DNA of 64,000 nt from Candidatus Hydrogenedentota bacterium (GTDB lineage: Bacteria > Hydrogenedentota > Hydrogenedentia > Hydrogenedentales > SLHB01), in assembly GCA_963674865.2 (NCBI GenBank), contig CAXXYE010000007.1:339746-403745 (forward strand), read 5' to 3'. Positions 53,851-64,000 of the stretch are shown piece after piece. The position numbers and the translations under genes were made by a program. Below the pieces are notes generated by a model. The model searched no databases, had not been told where the DNA came from, and saw nothing but the letters and a program-made list of their open reading frames with translations. Numbering within the stretch: the stretch's first letter is position 1; every line of letters starts with the position of its first letter.

Positions 53851-54831
53851 CTAGCCTCGAACGCTCCGCTGACGCAGCAAGGCGATGAGCTTGTCCGCAT
53901 CTCTGAGCGTGTAGTCGAGGCTGACCGTCGAGCCCTCAAGGGAAGTCTCCCCCTCAAGATCGAGGTCGTATTCCTGCTTGAGACGAACGCGGAGTGGCTC
54001 GGAACCCATGGCGATGAAGAACTTGATCAGGCCAGCCGTACCTTCTTCCGCGTGCGGCCCCATGGTGATCGCTCCGCGCAGTCGCAGGGAAGCGTCGTCA
54101 TTCAGATCCGCGAAGAGACGCACCGTGTCGATCTGGACAAGCATATCGGAGATGCTCTGCCATTCCTCAGGCTTACGATCGTAGCCCATCCAGTCGAGTG
54201 CGATGGTGGACGCGATGATGTAGGCGCCGCCCGCGCGATTATCGACCACGGCCTCAAACAGGTGGCCGCCTTCCGGCGGCAAGGGCTGGGTGGATAGGCC
54301 GTCACCCCACCGCATCCACGCGGCGTCGACCACGGTAGTCTCGAGTGAAGCCACGCCGCTCGCCGTTACCAGTCCACGGCCCTGCTGTGCCGCAAGCGGC
54401 GTGTCCCACGTGATCTGGGGAAAACGCGCCGCAAGATCGGACTGGTTTAGAGCGTTCGTAAGCACCGGCCCCAGGCGCCGCCCGTTCAACACGAGGGTGA
54501 AGCGCGCCTGGCTTGCGTTGGAGTCGGCGTCTACGATGAGGGAGGTCTCATAGGGCAGCACGCGAGCCCAAACGAAATCGGAGAGTTGCTCGGCCTGCGG
54601 TATGAGTTCCTTCAGTTCCTGGGCCGCGCGCGGCGGATTGAATACGACGCGGATACACGTGTTGTCATCGGCGAAACGCTCGTGGGATACGCGAGGCGCG
54701 CTCAGAATCACCTCGAATTTCCTGTCGAGGACAAGCGCCACCGAGGCCGAGACAACGAGCACCACGGCGAGGGCGACGAGGAGAATCAACCGCCACCTCT
54801 TCAGCAAAGTAGGTCCTCCATCGAGGCGCAC
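53851..54831 (-). CDS. Hypothetical membrane-anchored protein
   Basis: 326-aa ORF with an N-terminal TM. Confidence 0.65.
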   Translation of the reverse strand: MRLDGGPTLLKRWRLILLVALAVVLVVSASVALVLDRKFEVILSAPRVSHERFADDNTCIRVVFNPPRAAQELKELIPQAEQLSDFVWARVLPYETSLIVDADSNASQARFTLVLNGRRLGPVLTNALNQSDLAARFPQITWDTPLAAQQGRGLVTASGVASLETTVVDAAWMRWGDGLSTQPLPPEGGHLFEAVVDNRAGGAYIIASTIALDWMGYDRKPEEWQSISDMLVQIDTVRLFADLNDDASLRLRGAITMGPHAEEGTAGLIKFFIAMGSEPLRVRLKQEYDLDLEGETSLEGSTVSLDYTLRDADKLIALLRQRSVRG

Positions 54832-54952
54832 AGGCCCTCCCAGCTCACAGACAAGGAAAACGCGCCTTTTCAGGCGCGGCCACGTGCAAAGGCTACCGAG
54901 GCGGTGAGTGGCTTGTCAAACCCCGATGACGTGCGGGCGTGGATACGTCGTC

Positions 54953-55486
54953 CTAGATGATGTTCTCGAGCATTCTCTGGGAGCGCGGGTCGAGGCGGCG
55001 CCAGTCGGCGATGCGGTAGCGATTGCCGTCGGTATCAGTGAAGAGCATCTCACCGTCGCCCAATTCCTGAACGAGGTCGCGCAATCCCTTGCCGACGAAA
55101 TGGCGCGGGCCGCGATCGGTATCGACATCGCAATAGATGACCCCGAACTCCTCCTTCATGGAGAAGATCTCCGTGATCGTGGGCGTGAAGTAGCGCCGGT
55201 GCATGTCTTTGCGGGCAAGCGCAAGAGATTCGGCATCGAGGGCGTCAGGCTCACGGATGAGGCCGATTAGTTTGTCCTTGCCGTCCAAGAAGCCTATGTA
55301 TCCGTCGGGATCGGATAGGGGAAACGCGCGGACAACCTTCACGTCAAGGTAAGAGCGCTGCCCCTCGACGGTGAGGCGGAGGCGATTGGAGGCGTCGCGA
55401 AAGAGCCGCACCTCGCCCGGAAACAAGTCCGGGAAATGAGGCTCCCGCTGCGCATCGAGGGAGGTATTCCGGGCCGGCTCGGGCAT
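54953..55486 (-). CDS. DUF1854 domain protein
   Basis: VVRAFPLSDPDGYI, YFTPTI, VDTDRG and DGNRYRI.D...LD..S. Confidence 0.85.
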   Translation of the reverse strand: MPEPARNTSLDAQREPHFPDLFPGEVRLFRDASNRLRLTVEGQRSYLDVKVVRAFPLSDPDGYIGFLDGKDKLIGLIREPDALDAESLALARKDMHRRYFTPTITEIFSMKEEFGVIYCDVDTDRGPRHFVGKGLRDLVQELGDGEMLFTDTDGNRYRIADWRRLDPRSQRMLENII

Positions 55487-55499
55487 GCCGCTGCTCCTC

Positions 55500-57695
55500 C
55501 TATCCGCTCACGGCCGTGATGGCCGAGAGCTTGGACTGCATTTCAACGAGGTGCTGGTAGATGCCTTTCTTGGCGAGCAACTCGTCGTGGGGGCCGAACT
55601 CGGCAACCTTGCCCTCGTCGATGACGAGAAGCCGATCGGCATTGCGCAAGGTCGAGAGCCGGTGGGCGATGGCGATGGTGGTGCGGCCCTTTACGAGCCG
55701 CGCCAGGGCCTCCTGGATGAGTTCCTCCGTTTCGGTATCCACCGAGGATGTCGCCTCATCGAGGATGAGGATCTTCGGATCGTGAAGGATGGCCCGGGCG
55801 ATGGCGATCCGTTGAATCTCACCCCCCGAAAGGCGCGCGCCGCGCTCGCCGACGCGCGTGTCGTAGCCGTCTGGGAATCGCATGATGAATCCGTGCGCGT
55901 TGGCGGCGATAGCCACTCGAATAATTTCCTCGCGGCCGGCGTCTGGCTTGGCGTAGGCGATGTTCTCGGCGACGCTTCCATTGAAGAGGTACGGCTGCTG
56001 CGGTACGAGGCCGATATGGCGACGCATATCGCGCAGTTTGACATTGCGGAGGTCCACGCCGTCGAGGAGGATGCACCCCTCATCCACGTCGTAGAACCGG
56101 CAGATGAGGTTCGTCATGGTGGTTTTGCCGACGCCCGAGCGCCCCACGAGGCCGACCATCTCGCCCGCGTGAATGGCCACGTCGAGGCCCTTGAGAACCG
56201 GCTTGTCCGGCACATAGCCGAAGTGGACGTTCTTCAGTTCGATGGCGCCCTGGACGTCCTCCAGAGGCTGCGCATTCGGATCGTCATAAACCTCCTGGTC
56301 GGTGTCCATGATCTCGAAGAGGCGCTGGGCGGCGGTGAAGGCGCGGTTCATGAAATCGCTGAAGCGTGTGAGCATCTGGAGCGGGCCGTAGAACATGTAG
56401 AGGTAGGCGATGAACGCCATCAGCATGCCGATGTGTTTCTCTTCGGGATTCCTGAGCACCTCGAGCCCGCCGAAGAACCACACGAGATAGGTTCCGAGAA
56501 CGGTTACATACGAGATGACGGGCATGGCCGTCGCCCAGAGTCCATCCGCCCTCGCCCAGGCCTGGAAGAAGGCGTGGCTGCGGCCGCCGAACTTCGTGAG
56601 TTCGGCGGGCTCCTGGGAGAATGCCTTGACCACGCGCATCCCCGAGATAGCGTCGTTGGCGAGGGCGCTCATCTTGGAGCGGCACTGCCACCAGCGATGG
56701 TAATAGCCGTGGAGCCGGCGGTAAAACCAGAGCGTCAGGCCCACGACAAGGGGCGCGGGCGTGAGCACAAGCGCCCCCAACTTCAAATCCATCATGAGTA
56801 AGATGAGGCAGATGCCGACGATCTGAAGGATGCTCGGGAGAATCATGAAGGCCAGAAAGATGAAGGCGTCGTTCAGCATCGTGGTGTCGCCGGTGAGGCG
56901 GGAGAGAAGAGAGCCCGTCGGCGTCTTGTCGTAACGACGCAGGCTGAGGCCCTGAATGGCCTGGTAGAAGTCGAATCGGACATCGTGCATGATCCTCGAT
57001 CCGAGCCAAGCGGCCAGGCGCCCGCGGATGATGGTAAGAACAGTTGCAAGGAGTTGGATACCCATCAGTCCGGCCACGATGGAAAAAAGAAGCCGGACTC
57101 CGCCGTCGCCCATGAGAACGTCGTCGACGAGGATCTTGATCAGGTATGGTGGCGTGAGCTGGGCCGCGGTGCCGATCAGGATAGTCGCGCTCACGATGAG
57201 CGCTTTGCGCCAATGAGGCTTAACATAGCGTAGAAACCGCGCCATGACCCGGTGCTTCTTGAGACAAGCCGGGCAGAAACTCCCGCGTTCCGGCAAGGGG
57301 CGTCCACAGTCCGGGCAGGTTCGGCGGTGTTCCTCGTCAGGCGGGAATTCGGGCTCCATACCTGCTTCGCGGGCGTCCGTGACGGCCTTCGCTACGCGGG
57401 CGAATTTCTCGGCGAAGGCGTTGCTGCAGCGAAGGAGTTCGGCCTTGCGATCGCCGAACTCGATTTCGAGGGCCATTTGGCCTATGAGGTGGACGGCGCG
57501 AAGGGCCTTGACGTCGTCCAGGGCGTAGGCGTCATCGGGGCCGCCGGCGGCTCCATCAGCGGAGAACGTCATAAGCCGCTTCGACGTAACGGCCAGCCAG
57601 CGTTCGCCGAAGGAACCGTCGGGGCCGACGTCCGTTTCCGTCAAGAGAAGCAAGGATTCGCCGGATTCCAGGTGGCTCTTAACACGTGCTTCCAA
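55500..57695 (-). CDS. ABC exporter, fused permease/ATPase with N-terminal extension and Zn ribbon
   Basis: CPDC..CPAC, TM domain, GRSGVGKT, LSGGE and LILDEATS. Confidence 0.93.
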   Translation of the reverse strand: MEARVKSHLESGESLLLLTETDVGPDGSFGERWLAVTSKRLMTFSADGAAGGPDDAYALDDVKALRAVHLIGQMALEIEFGDRKAELLRCSNAFAEKFARVAKAVTDAREAGMEPEFPPDEEHRRTCPDCGRPLPERGSFCPACLKKHRVMARFLRYVKPHWRKALIVSATILIGTAAQLTPPYLIKILVDDVLMGDGGVRLLFSIVAGLMGIQLLATVLTIIRGRLAAWLGSRIMHDVRFDFYQAIQGLSLRRYDKTPTGSLLSRLTGDTTMLNDAFIFLAFMILPSILQIVGICLILLMMDLKLGALVLTPAPLVVGLTLWFYRRLHGYYHRWWQCRSKMSALANDAISGMRVVKAFSQEPAELTKFGGRSHAFFQAWARADGLWATAMPVISYVTVLGTYLVWFFGGLEVLRNPEEKHIGMLMAFIAYLYMFYGPLQMLTRFSDFMNRAFTAAQRLFEIMDTDQEVYDDPNAQPLEDVQGAIELKNVHFGYVPDKPVLKGLDVAIHAGEMVGLVGRSGVGKTTMTNLICRFYDVDEGCILLDGVDLRNVKLRDMRRHIGLVPQQPYLFNGSVAENIAYAKPDAGREEIIRVAIAANAHGFIMRFPDGYDTRVGERGARLSGGEIQRIAIARAILHDPKILILDEATSSVDTETEELIQEALARLVKGRTTIAIAHRLSTLRNADRLLVIDEGKVAEFGPHDELLAKKGIYQHLVEMQSKLSAITAVSG

Positions 57696-57857
57696 GTCGA
57701 TTACTCCGCGTGCTGAATTGTACCTCTAAAAGCGTGTAACGCAATCGGCAATCCGGCCACCGGGAGTAAGAACCTGGTTTGAAGGCGGCATCATCCAACC
57801 GCTACGCTACACGGGCCGCCGTTGGCGGTACAAAGAGTCTCGTAAAGGAATACCGGG

Positions 57858-57911
57858 AAAGGGGACATGTCCAAAGCGCCGTCCCCGGCGCGGCTACGTG
57901 TCTCCTTTTCC
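57858..57911. repeat. Palindromic element (copy 2, compact)
   Basis: AAAGGGGACATGTCCAAAGCGCCGTCCCCGGCGCGGCTACGTGTCTCCTTTTCC. Confidence 0.7.
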
Positions 57912-58195
57912 TCAGATCTCTGTCATGGCCGCATAGGTCTCCCCGGTTATCAACATGTTATGCGCATCTTGGCGGGGAACCAACGAGCTGAGTGAATTGT
58001 CGCATAAATCCGGCAACGTATTCGATTTTTTGGGAGGGTCGAGCTCCTGCTCGACCGCGGAGGCGCAAGAACGCGTCTTTCTCGCCCAAGTGCTTTCGGA
58101 GCAATACGTCGCCATCCTCGCGACAACCTGCGCCAAGTCACCGCGTTGTGCGCGGCAAACGCAAATCCAGGACTGGATTCCAACGGGAGGAAGCA

Positions 58196-59164
58196 ATGGC
58201 AGAACGCCACCGAACAGGCTGGTTCATGCGGGCGAAGTGGGGCGTGTTTACGCACTACATGGCGGACACGGTACTTGAGGCCGAGTCCATTACCGTGGAA
58301 GCGTGGAATGCGGCCGTGGATAGCTTCGACGTGTCCGCGCTGGCGGACAGACTGGCTTCCATAGACGCGGGATACTACGTCATCACACTTGGACAGAATT
58401 CCGGATTCTACTGCTCGCCCAATGCCGCCTACGACGGCTATGTAGGCATTCATCCGAGCAAATGTTCGAGGCGCGATCTCGTGGCGGATCTGTATGACGC
58501 GCTGCACGAAAAAAGAATCCGGTTGATGGTGTATCTGCCCTCGGGGGCGCCCGACCGCGACCCGGAGGCTATGGAGGCTCTCGAGTGGCAACATGGGAAG
58601 TACCCGCACTGGAAACATCCCGGGGGCGGGCCCGACGGGGGCGACCCGCGGCTGGCCTCGTTCCAGCGCAAGTGGGAGGCGGTGATACGAGAGTGGTCGA
58701 CGCGCTGGGGCGACAGGGTGGCCGGATGGTGGTTCGACGGCTGTTACTTTCCCGATGCGATGTACCGGCACGACGAGCCGCCGAATTTCGAGAGCTTCGC
58801 GGCGGCGGCCCGGGCGCGTAATCCCGCGAGCATCGTGGCCTTCAATCCGGGCGTGACGACGCCCATCATTTCCATGACGCCTTTCGAAGACTACGCAGCG
58901 GGCGAGATAAGCAGGCCCGAAGAGGTGACGTGTACAGGAAGGTGGATAGACTCCGTACAGTTCCACATGCTGAGTTACCTGGGCGCCAAGTGGGGGCAGG
59001 GGCCGCTCCGGTTCTCCGACGAGCAGGTCCTCACGATCACAAAGGGGATCACCGACAACAGCGGCGTGGTGAGCTGGGACGTACCCATCGCGGCGGACGG
59101 AAGCATCCCTCAGCCGTTTCTGGCCCAGCTTGCGTGCCTCAAATCCCTCCGCGACGCGGGCTGA
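58196..59164 (+). CDS. GH29-like (alpha-L-fucosidase-like) TIM-barrel glycosidase
   Basis: WFMRAKWGVFTHY, RDLVADL..AL...IRLMVYL and GWWFDG. Confidence 0.75.
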   Translation: MAERHRTGWFMRAKWGVFTHYMADTVLEAESITVEAWNAAVDSFDVSALADRLASIDAGYYVITLGQNSGFYCSPNAAYDGYVGIHPSKCSRRDLVADLYDALHEKRIRLMVYLPSGAPDRDPEAMEALEWQHGKYPHWKHPGGGPDGGDPRLASFQRKWEAVIREWSTRWGDRVAGWWFDGCYFPDAMYRHDEPPNFESFAAAARARNPASIVAFNPGVTTPIISMTPFEDYAAGEISRPEEVTCTGRWIDSVQFHMLSYLGAKWGQGPLRFSDEQVLTITKGITDNSGVVSWDVPIAADGSIPQPFLAQLACLKSLRDAG

Positions 59165-61188
59165 CCGAACGACCTTCGCCCCGCTGATGGGCATCCATAG
59201 GTGCGGGCGACTCCGCGGCGATGAGCGCTTCGAGCGCCGGGCCGGGCGCAAGGTCTTTGCCGGCTAGGCCGGGATAGTCGGACGCGTAGCGGCACACGCG
59301 GAAGATCTCGTTGCGCGGGCCCCTGCCGGGCGGCGGGCCCATACCGGCGCCATCAGGCGGCTGGCCCATTCCCTGTCCTCCGGGCGGAGAACCAAAGCCC
59401 TGCGCTCCGGCACGTCGGCCGAAGCCGCCCCCGCCACGCTGCGGGCCCATGCCTTGTCCTTCGGGCGGGGAACCAAAGCCCTGCGATCCGGCGCCTGGGC
59501 CGAAGCCGCCCCTGCCACGCTGCGGGCCCATGCCTTGTCCTCCGGGCGGGGAACCAAAGCCCTGCGCTCCGGCACGTCGGCCGAAGCCGCCCCCGCCGGG
59601 CCGTGAGCCCATACGAGTTCCATCAGACCGGCCCATTCCCCGGGCGCCGGGCGGAGGGCCAAAGCCCTGAGGGCCTGAACCGCGCTGTCCCGGCTGCGAT
59701 CCCATCCCTTGTCCTCCCGGTGGGGGGCCGTAGCCTGTTCTGCCTGCCACGGGGCCGTGCCTGCCTCGCATATCCGCTGATGCCCCCATCCCTTCCGCGC
59801 CCGGGCCCATAGCTGGGCCGCGCCTATCCGGAGGGCCTGCCCCGCCGGCCGTGGGAATGGTGTATTCCCAAACGATGTCCTTCTCAGGCGTGACCTCGAA
59901 CAGTCGGCCGGTTTCGCCGGAGCAGATGAGTGTATTTCCATTGGGGAGCCGTTGGGCGCCGGAAATGTGACTCGAGTAGAAATCCGGCTTGTTCGCGGCC
60001 GTGTAGCGCCATACCGGCTCCGATGGGGCGAAGGGCAGGCCCGGCTCCCAGGCATAGCGGCCCTCGGCGTCCGCAGGAGGTGTGATTTCATCGACGGAGG
60101 AATAGCCGCCGTCGGATCGCCCGCGTCCGTTATTGAAAACGAGCAGGTTGCCCGCCCCCTGCCGTCCAGACGGGATCCATTGGGCGTCATGCTGGGCGAA
60201 GAGCCGCTGGTCGGCGGATGTCCCTACGCGGTAGGTGCGCGGATTGCCCCAGCGGTACAGCAGATCGCCGCCCTTCCCGCCGCGGCCGCCGGTGCTTCCC
60301 GCGGCCTCCGCCGTCGTCGTGCTGTGGTCGATCACCCATATTTCATTGAAGCCAAGGACGCTGAGGACGATCTGATCGAGATCGGCGTTGTATGCGACGG
60401 AGGTTCGTGTGGTTCCAGTCGGGATTCGCCCGGCCCGGGCGAGGCCGTGTCGAGGCGTCCAGATAGCCTATTGCCTCGAGCTTCTCGCGCTCCTCCTCGG
60501 AAAGCTGATCCGCCCAATCGATAGGATTGACGTCGATGCGCTCGGGATGTTCTCCCACAACGCCGTAGTTGGCCTTGCCCGGATCGTGATCCTGAATCAA
60601 GTGATCCCACACGTGCCACTCCCACACGATCTCGCCGGTAGTGGGGCCCGTCGGCTTCACCTCGATGACATAATCTGACCACAAGACGCCATCGCCCTGC
60701 ACGTCGGGATCGCGTCCCGCGGCGATCGCCTCCTCGCGCGTCTTCGCCTCCCAGGCGATCATGAGCGTGTTGCCGTTGGGCAGACGCTCGATATCGTGAT
60801 GGAGGAGGTGCTCATCGCTGACATACACGAAATCCCACACGAGAGAGCCATCCCAGGCGAATTCCTGGACGCGTCCGCCGGCGCCGCCCGCGTGGAAAGT
60901 CCCGTTGTGGCGCCCTGAGGAGGCCGTCCGCAATAGATGGCCGTTTTCGAGCAGATACGCGGACTGTCCTGGAGGATACTCGCTCTTCCAGGTGTGAACC
61001 ACGCGGCCCTGCATATCTATCAGGTAGGTCGTGGTGGATATCAGTGGGGCGAGCAGCGTGTAGCCGGCGAAGGCCCCCGATTCATCCGAACCTGCCCCCG
61101 CGTCCGCGTCTCGCTTGGCGGCCGGTTTGCTCCCGCACCCAGCCAGCAGTGCAACCAAGACGGAGATGACGAAAGTCCTTACGCTCAT
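59139..61188 (-). pseudogene. Arylsulfotransferase (ASST)-like lipoprotein interrupted by a +1 frameshift
   Basis: 5' part: lipobox LAGC, GYTLLAP, HHDIERLPNGN and DWNHTN. It continues in another frame as SVAYNADLDQIVLS...EIWVIDHS...YRWGNP...QHDA. The extra base is at about 60402. May be an assembly error. Confidence 0.8.
59365..59600. repeat. 81-bp intragenic tandem repeat (about 3 copies, Gly/Pro-rich)
   Basis: ACCAAAGCCCTGCG recurs at 59391, 59472 and 59553. The unit encodes GGGFGRRAGAQGFGSPPGGQGMGPQRG. Confidence 0.9.
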
Positions 61189-61303
61189 GCTACGCACTCC
61201 TGAACAAACGTTTGGCCTTGGAACATGAATCCGAATTCCTAGCGAAAGGTGGTAGTATACCTGACCTCTTTGAAGTTGCCAGCCGTCAGAAAGGGTGGGA
61301 AGC

Positions 61304-62959
61304 ATGATAGAACCACGTATCCTCGTGAACCACTTGGGATTCGCCGCCGACGGGGCGAAACACTGCGTCATCGTCAACCCCCCGGAAGAGCGCTTCCAGG
61401 TATTCTCGCGCATGAAGAAGGAGGTCGTGTTTGAAGGCCGGCTCGAACGCGTCGCCGGAGACTTGGGCGAAGGCTGGCTAGGCTGCTTCACGCCGGTGCG
61501 CGAAGAAGGCACCTATCTGATCCGATGTGGGGACGCGTCCTCGCGTGTCGTCACAATCTGGAATAAGGTATATGATTACCCGCGGCGGATATTGCTGAAT
61601 TACTTCACGTCGCAGCGCTGCGGCGATACGCCTATGGGCTGGAACTCGCCGTGTCACGTGCATGACGCGAAACGCGTCGACACCGGTGAGCACGTGGACG
61701 TGGCCGGGGGCTGGCATCAATCCGGCGACCTCCGCAAATGGACCTCCGGCGCCAGCTTCGGCGTCGTGGCCCTATGCAAAACGCTAGACACCGAGCACCC
61801 CCCGTGGGATGAGGGCGGCATGGCCGAAGAGTTGCGCTGGGGGAATCAATACTTCCAAAAGATGGTGCGCCCCGACGGTGGCTTGATGGACCACGTGATT
61901 CTTCCCCTCGGGTGGGACACCGAACGCGACCTCTATCCCAATGACGCGCCGCACTCGACATTCTTCCAGGTTATCGGCGGGCAGGCCCTCGCCGCGCGCG
62001 TGTTTCGCGACGGCGACCCGGCCTACAGCGAGCGCTGCCTCGACGTCGCCCGGCGCGTTTGGGACTATGCGACGGATCCCGCGCTCCCGGCCGAGCCCTA
62101 TCGCCCGCAGGCGATTCCGAAACACCACGAGTGGCTGCCGAAGGCGTTTACGCAGAGCTACCGCGGATCGTGCCTGCACTGGATGGGCCGTCTCTTCGCG
62201 GCCCTGGCCCTTTATCGGGCGACGGAGGAGCAGGCCTGGCTCGAGGAGGCGTGCCGGGCGGCATCGGAGACGGCGCGCCTGCAAGTCGGCGGCGATGTCG
62301 CCCAGGATCCCACAGCCGCGTGTTTCCGCGTCGCGGCCGATCGAGAGGACTACGTGTGCTCCATCGGCGACAGCCTGCTAGGCAAGATCGCCCTGTGCGA
62401 CCTCCTGGCCCTGGCGCCCGAGCATCCGGACGCCCCAGCGTGGGCGGCGGCGGTGCGAAACATCGCCGAGCAGTACCGCGTGATGGCCGGGCGCAATCCG
62501 TGGGGGCTGATCCCGTCCTACTGGTACGCCGAGGAGCCCGAGGGCGGCCGGCGGGCGGGGGCGGCGTACTACCGCTATTTCTTCCGCGTGGATATTCTGA
62601 TCGGCGGCGTCAACATGGAAGCCGAGGCCAATGCCCTGTTCCTGCTGCGTGCCGCCCGGCTCTTTGACGAGGACGCCTACCGCGCGCTGGCCTTCCGCCA
62701 ACTCGATTGGGTGCTGGGATGCAATCCGATGGACGTGAGCACCGTCGAGGGCGTGGGCCTGAACCAGCCGGAGCGATTCATCAATCCGCGCGAATTCTTC
62801 CCGCCCACGCCGCAGATCCCCGGCGCGGTGATGACAGGCATCACGGGCGATGAACACGACGAGCCCGCTTTCATCGGCTGCGCCAAGGAATACGATCTTC
62901 CCCCCACCGCCATGCTCCTCTGGCTCTTGACGGAACTGCACGGGGAGGCCCTGCTGTGA
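61304..62959 (+). CDS. Glycoside hydrolase family 9-like protein with N-terminal Ig-like domain
   Basis: ILVNHLGF, QRCG, DVAGGWHQSGDLRK (variant of GGWxDAGD), DWVLGCNP..VEGVG and terminal EY. Confidence 0.75.
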   Translation: MIEPRILVNHLGFAADGAKHCVIVNPPEERFQVFSRMKKEVVFEGRLERVAGDLGEGWLGCFTPVREEGTYLIRCGDASSRVVTIWNKVYDYPRRILLNYFTSQRCGDTPMGWNSPCHVHDAKRVDTGEHVDVAGGWHQSGDLRKWTSGASFGVVALCKTLDTEHPPWDEGGMAEELRWGNQYFQKMVRPDGGLMDHVILPLGWDTERDLYPNDAPHSTFFQVIGGQALAARVFRDGDPAYSERCLDVARRVWDYATDPALPAEPYRPQAIPKHHEWLPKAFTQSYRGSCLHWMGRLFAALALYRATEEQAWLEEACRAASETARLQVGGDVAQDPTAACFRVAADREDYVCSIGDSLLGKIALCDLLALAPEHPDAPAWAAAVRNIAEQYRVMAGRNPWGLIPSYWYAEEPEGGRRAGAAYYRYFFRVDILIGGVNMEAEANALFLLRAARLFDEDAYRALAFRQLDWVLGCNPMDVSTVEGVGLNQPERFINPREFFPPTPQIPGAVMTGITGDEHDEPAFIGCAKEYDLPPTAMLLWLLTELHGEALL

Positions 62960-64000
62960 GTGATAGCCGCACGATTAGCGTGGATGCTGATTTCCCCGGG
63001 GGGAACATCATCGTCGAGGGGCATTGAGGGGGACAGGATACGCGTGCGGCCGGATCTGCGCGATACGGAAGGGTGGTGGTTCTACTGGTACTTCCGTGTG
63101 CGCGGTGCGGAGGGCCGCACAATCGAGGTCGTGTTTGGCGGTGAGCGCGATCCTATCGGAGCGCGGGGGCCTGCAGTGAGTCTGGATGGGGGCGAGTCAT
63201 GGCACTGGCTGGACGCGGCGTGCTGCGAAGAGAGGACGTTCTCCTATGCCGTGCCTCCAAACGCTTCCGAGGTGCGGTTCTGCTTCAGCATGCCGTATTC
63301 ACAGGCCAATCTCGAGCGCTTCCTGGCCAGGCTCGGGGAGCGTGACGACCTCGTGCTTGAGACGCTGTGCGAAACGAGGAAGGGCCGCAAGGTCGAGTTG
63401 CTGCATTTCGGCGCGCTCGGCGAGGACGCCGCCCATCGCGTCTTGCTCACGTGCCGGCATCATGCGTGCGAGATGATGGCAAACTATGCCGCGGAGGGCA
63501 TCGTCGAGGAGGTCCTGCTCGATGACGAGGCCGGGGCATGGCGGCGTGGCCGCGTGGCGTTCCTGCTCGTGCCGTTCGTTGACAAGGACGGCGTGGAGGA
63601 CGGCGATCAGGGGAAGAATCGACGCCCCCGGGATCACAACCGGGACTACGCGGGCGAGAGCATCCACCCGTCCACGGCGGCCTTGCGGCGGTACATCCCC
63701 GAGTGGTCGCGGGGCCGGCTGCATGTGTCGCTCGATATGCACTGCCCGTGGATTAGCAGGGAGGTGGTGTATTTCCCAGGCCTGGAGAGCGAGAAACACA
63801 GCCGGGCCTTGGCGGAATTCTCGCGTATTCTGGAGGAGGTCCAGACCTCCCCGCTCGGATTCTCCGCGGCCGATAATCTCCCCTTTGGACAAGGCTGGAA
63901 CACGGCGGCCAACTACGCCGCCGGTAAGAGCTGCGCCCGGTGGTGTTCGGAGCTGCCGGAGAATTGGCTGGCCGCATCGCTAGAGATTCCGTATGCGGAA
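62956..64000 (+). pseudogene. M14 zinc carboxypeptidase-like gene with a +1 frameshift near its start (runs off the right edge)
   Basis: GTG 62956 gives SVDADFPGGNIIVE and then a stop. Removing one G of GGGG (63018-63021) restores GIEGDRIRVRPDLRDTEGWWFYWYF...CRHHACE...DHNRDY...DMHCPW. Confidence 0.75.

Noticed and set aside
55485..56801. Long antisense ORFs (e.g. 55485-56801, 44503-45633, 51405-52541, 10569-11663)
   Set aside because: These are shadow ORFs opposite well-supported genes, expected from high-GC codon bias.

Overview
GC-rich bacterial chromosomal DNA. The PASTA/InlB-repeat/LamG lipoprotein, YfhO protein and kinase repertoire suggest a Hydrogenedentota/PVC-like organism (inference only). 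The window has three zones. (1) 1-25550 is an almost entirely minus-strand envelope/signalling cluster. It begins with a four-gene operon that reads like a bacterial ESCRT module: a Zn-finger/winged-helix-like protein, two Snf7/ESCRT-III-like helical proteins with MIM1-like tails, and a Vps4-like MIT-AAA ATPase. Downstream are two CsgG/LpoB-like membrane proteins and two transmembrane Ser/Thr kinases ending in FGE-sulfatase (CLec) domains. The 3' ends of those kinase genes carry the mutational signature and downstream hairpin of diversity-generating-retroelement targets, but no RT or TR lies in the window. The cluster continues with a GxxExxY cassette, LPP20/PEGA proteins, an FHA-kinase, a WD40-kinase, a lytic transglycosylase and a PASTA-LamG lipoprotein. 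Six sigma-54 (-24/-12) motifs precede its transcription units. (2) About 25600-33100 is a PICI/satellite-like integrative element (tyrosine integrase, AlpA-like HTH, primase-helicase, small HTH) followed by a REP-like tandem array. (3) 33600-64000 is mostly housekeeping and metabolic genes (dnaE, pncC, metF, def, recR, ECF sigma factor, ABC transporter, glycosidases). It includes two small islets bracketed by duplicated gene 3' ends and two single-base frameshifts. All family calls are by eye from motifs; no searches were run.
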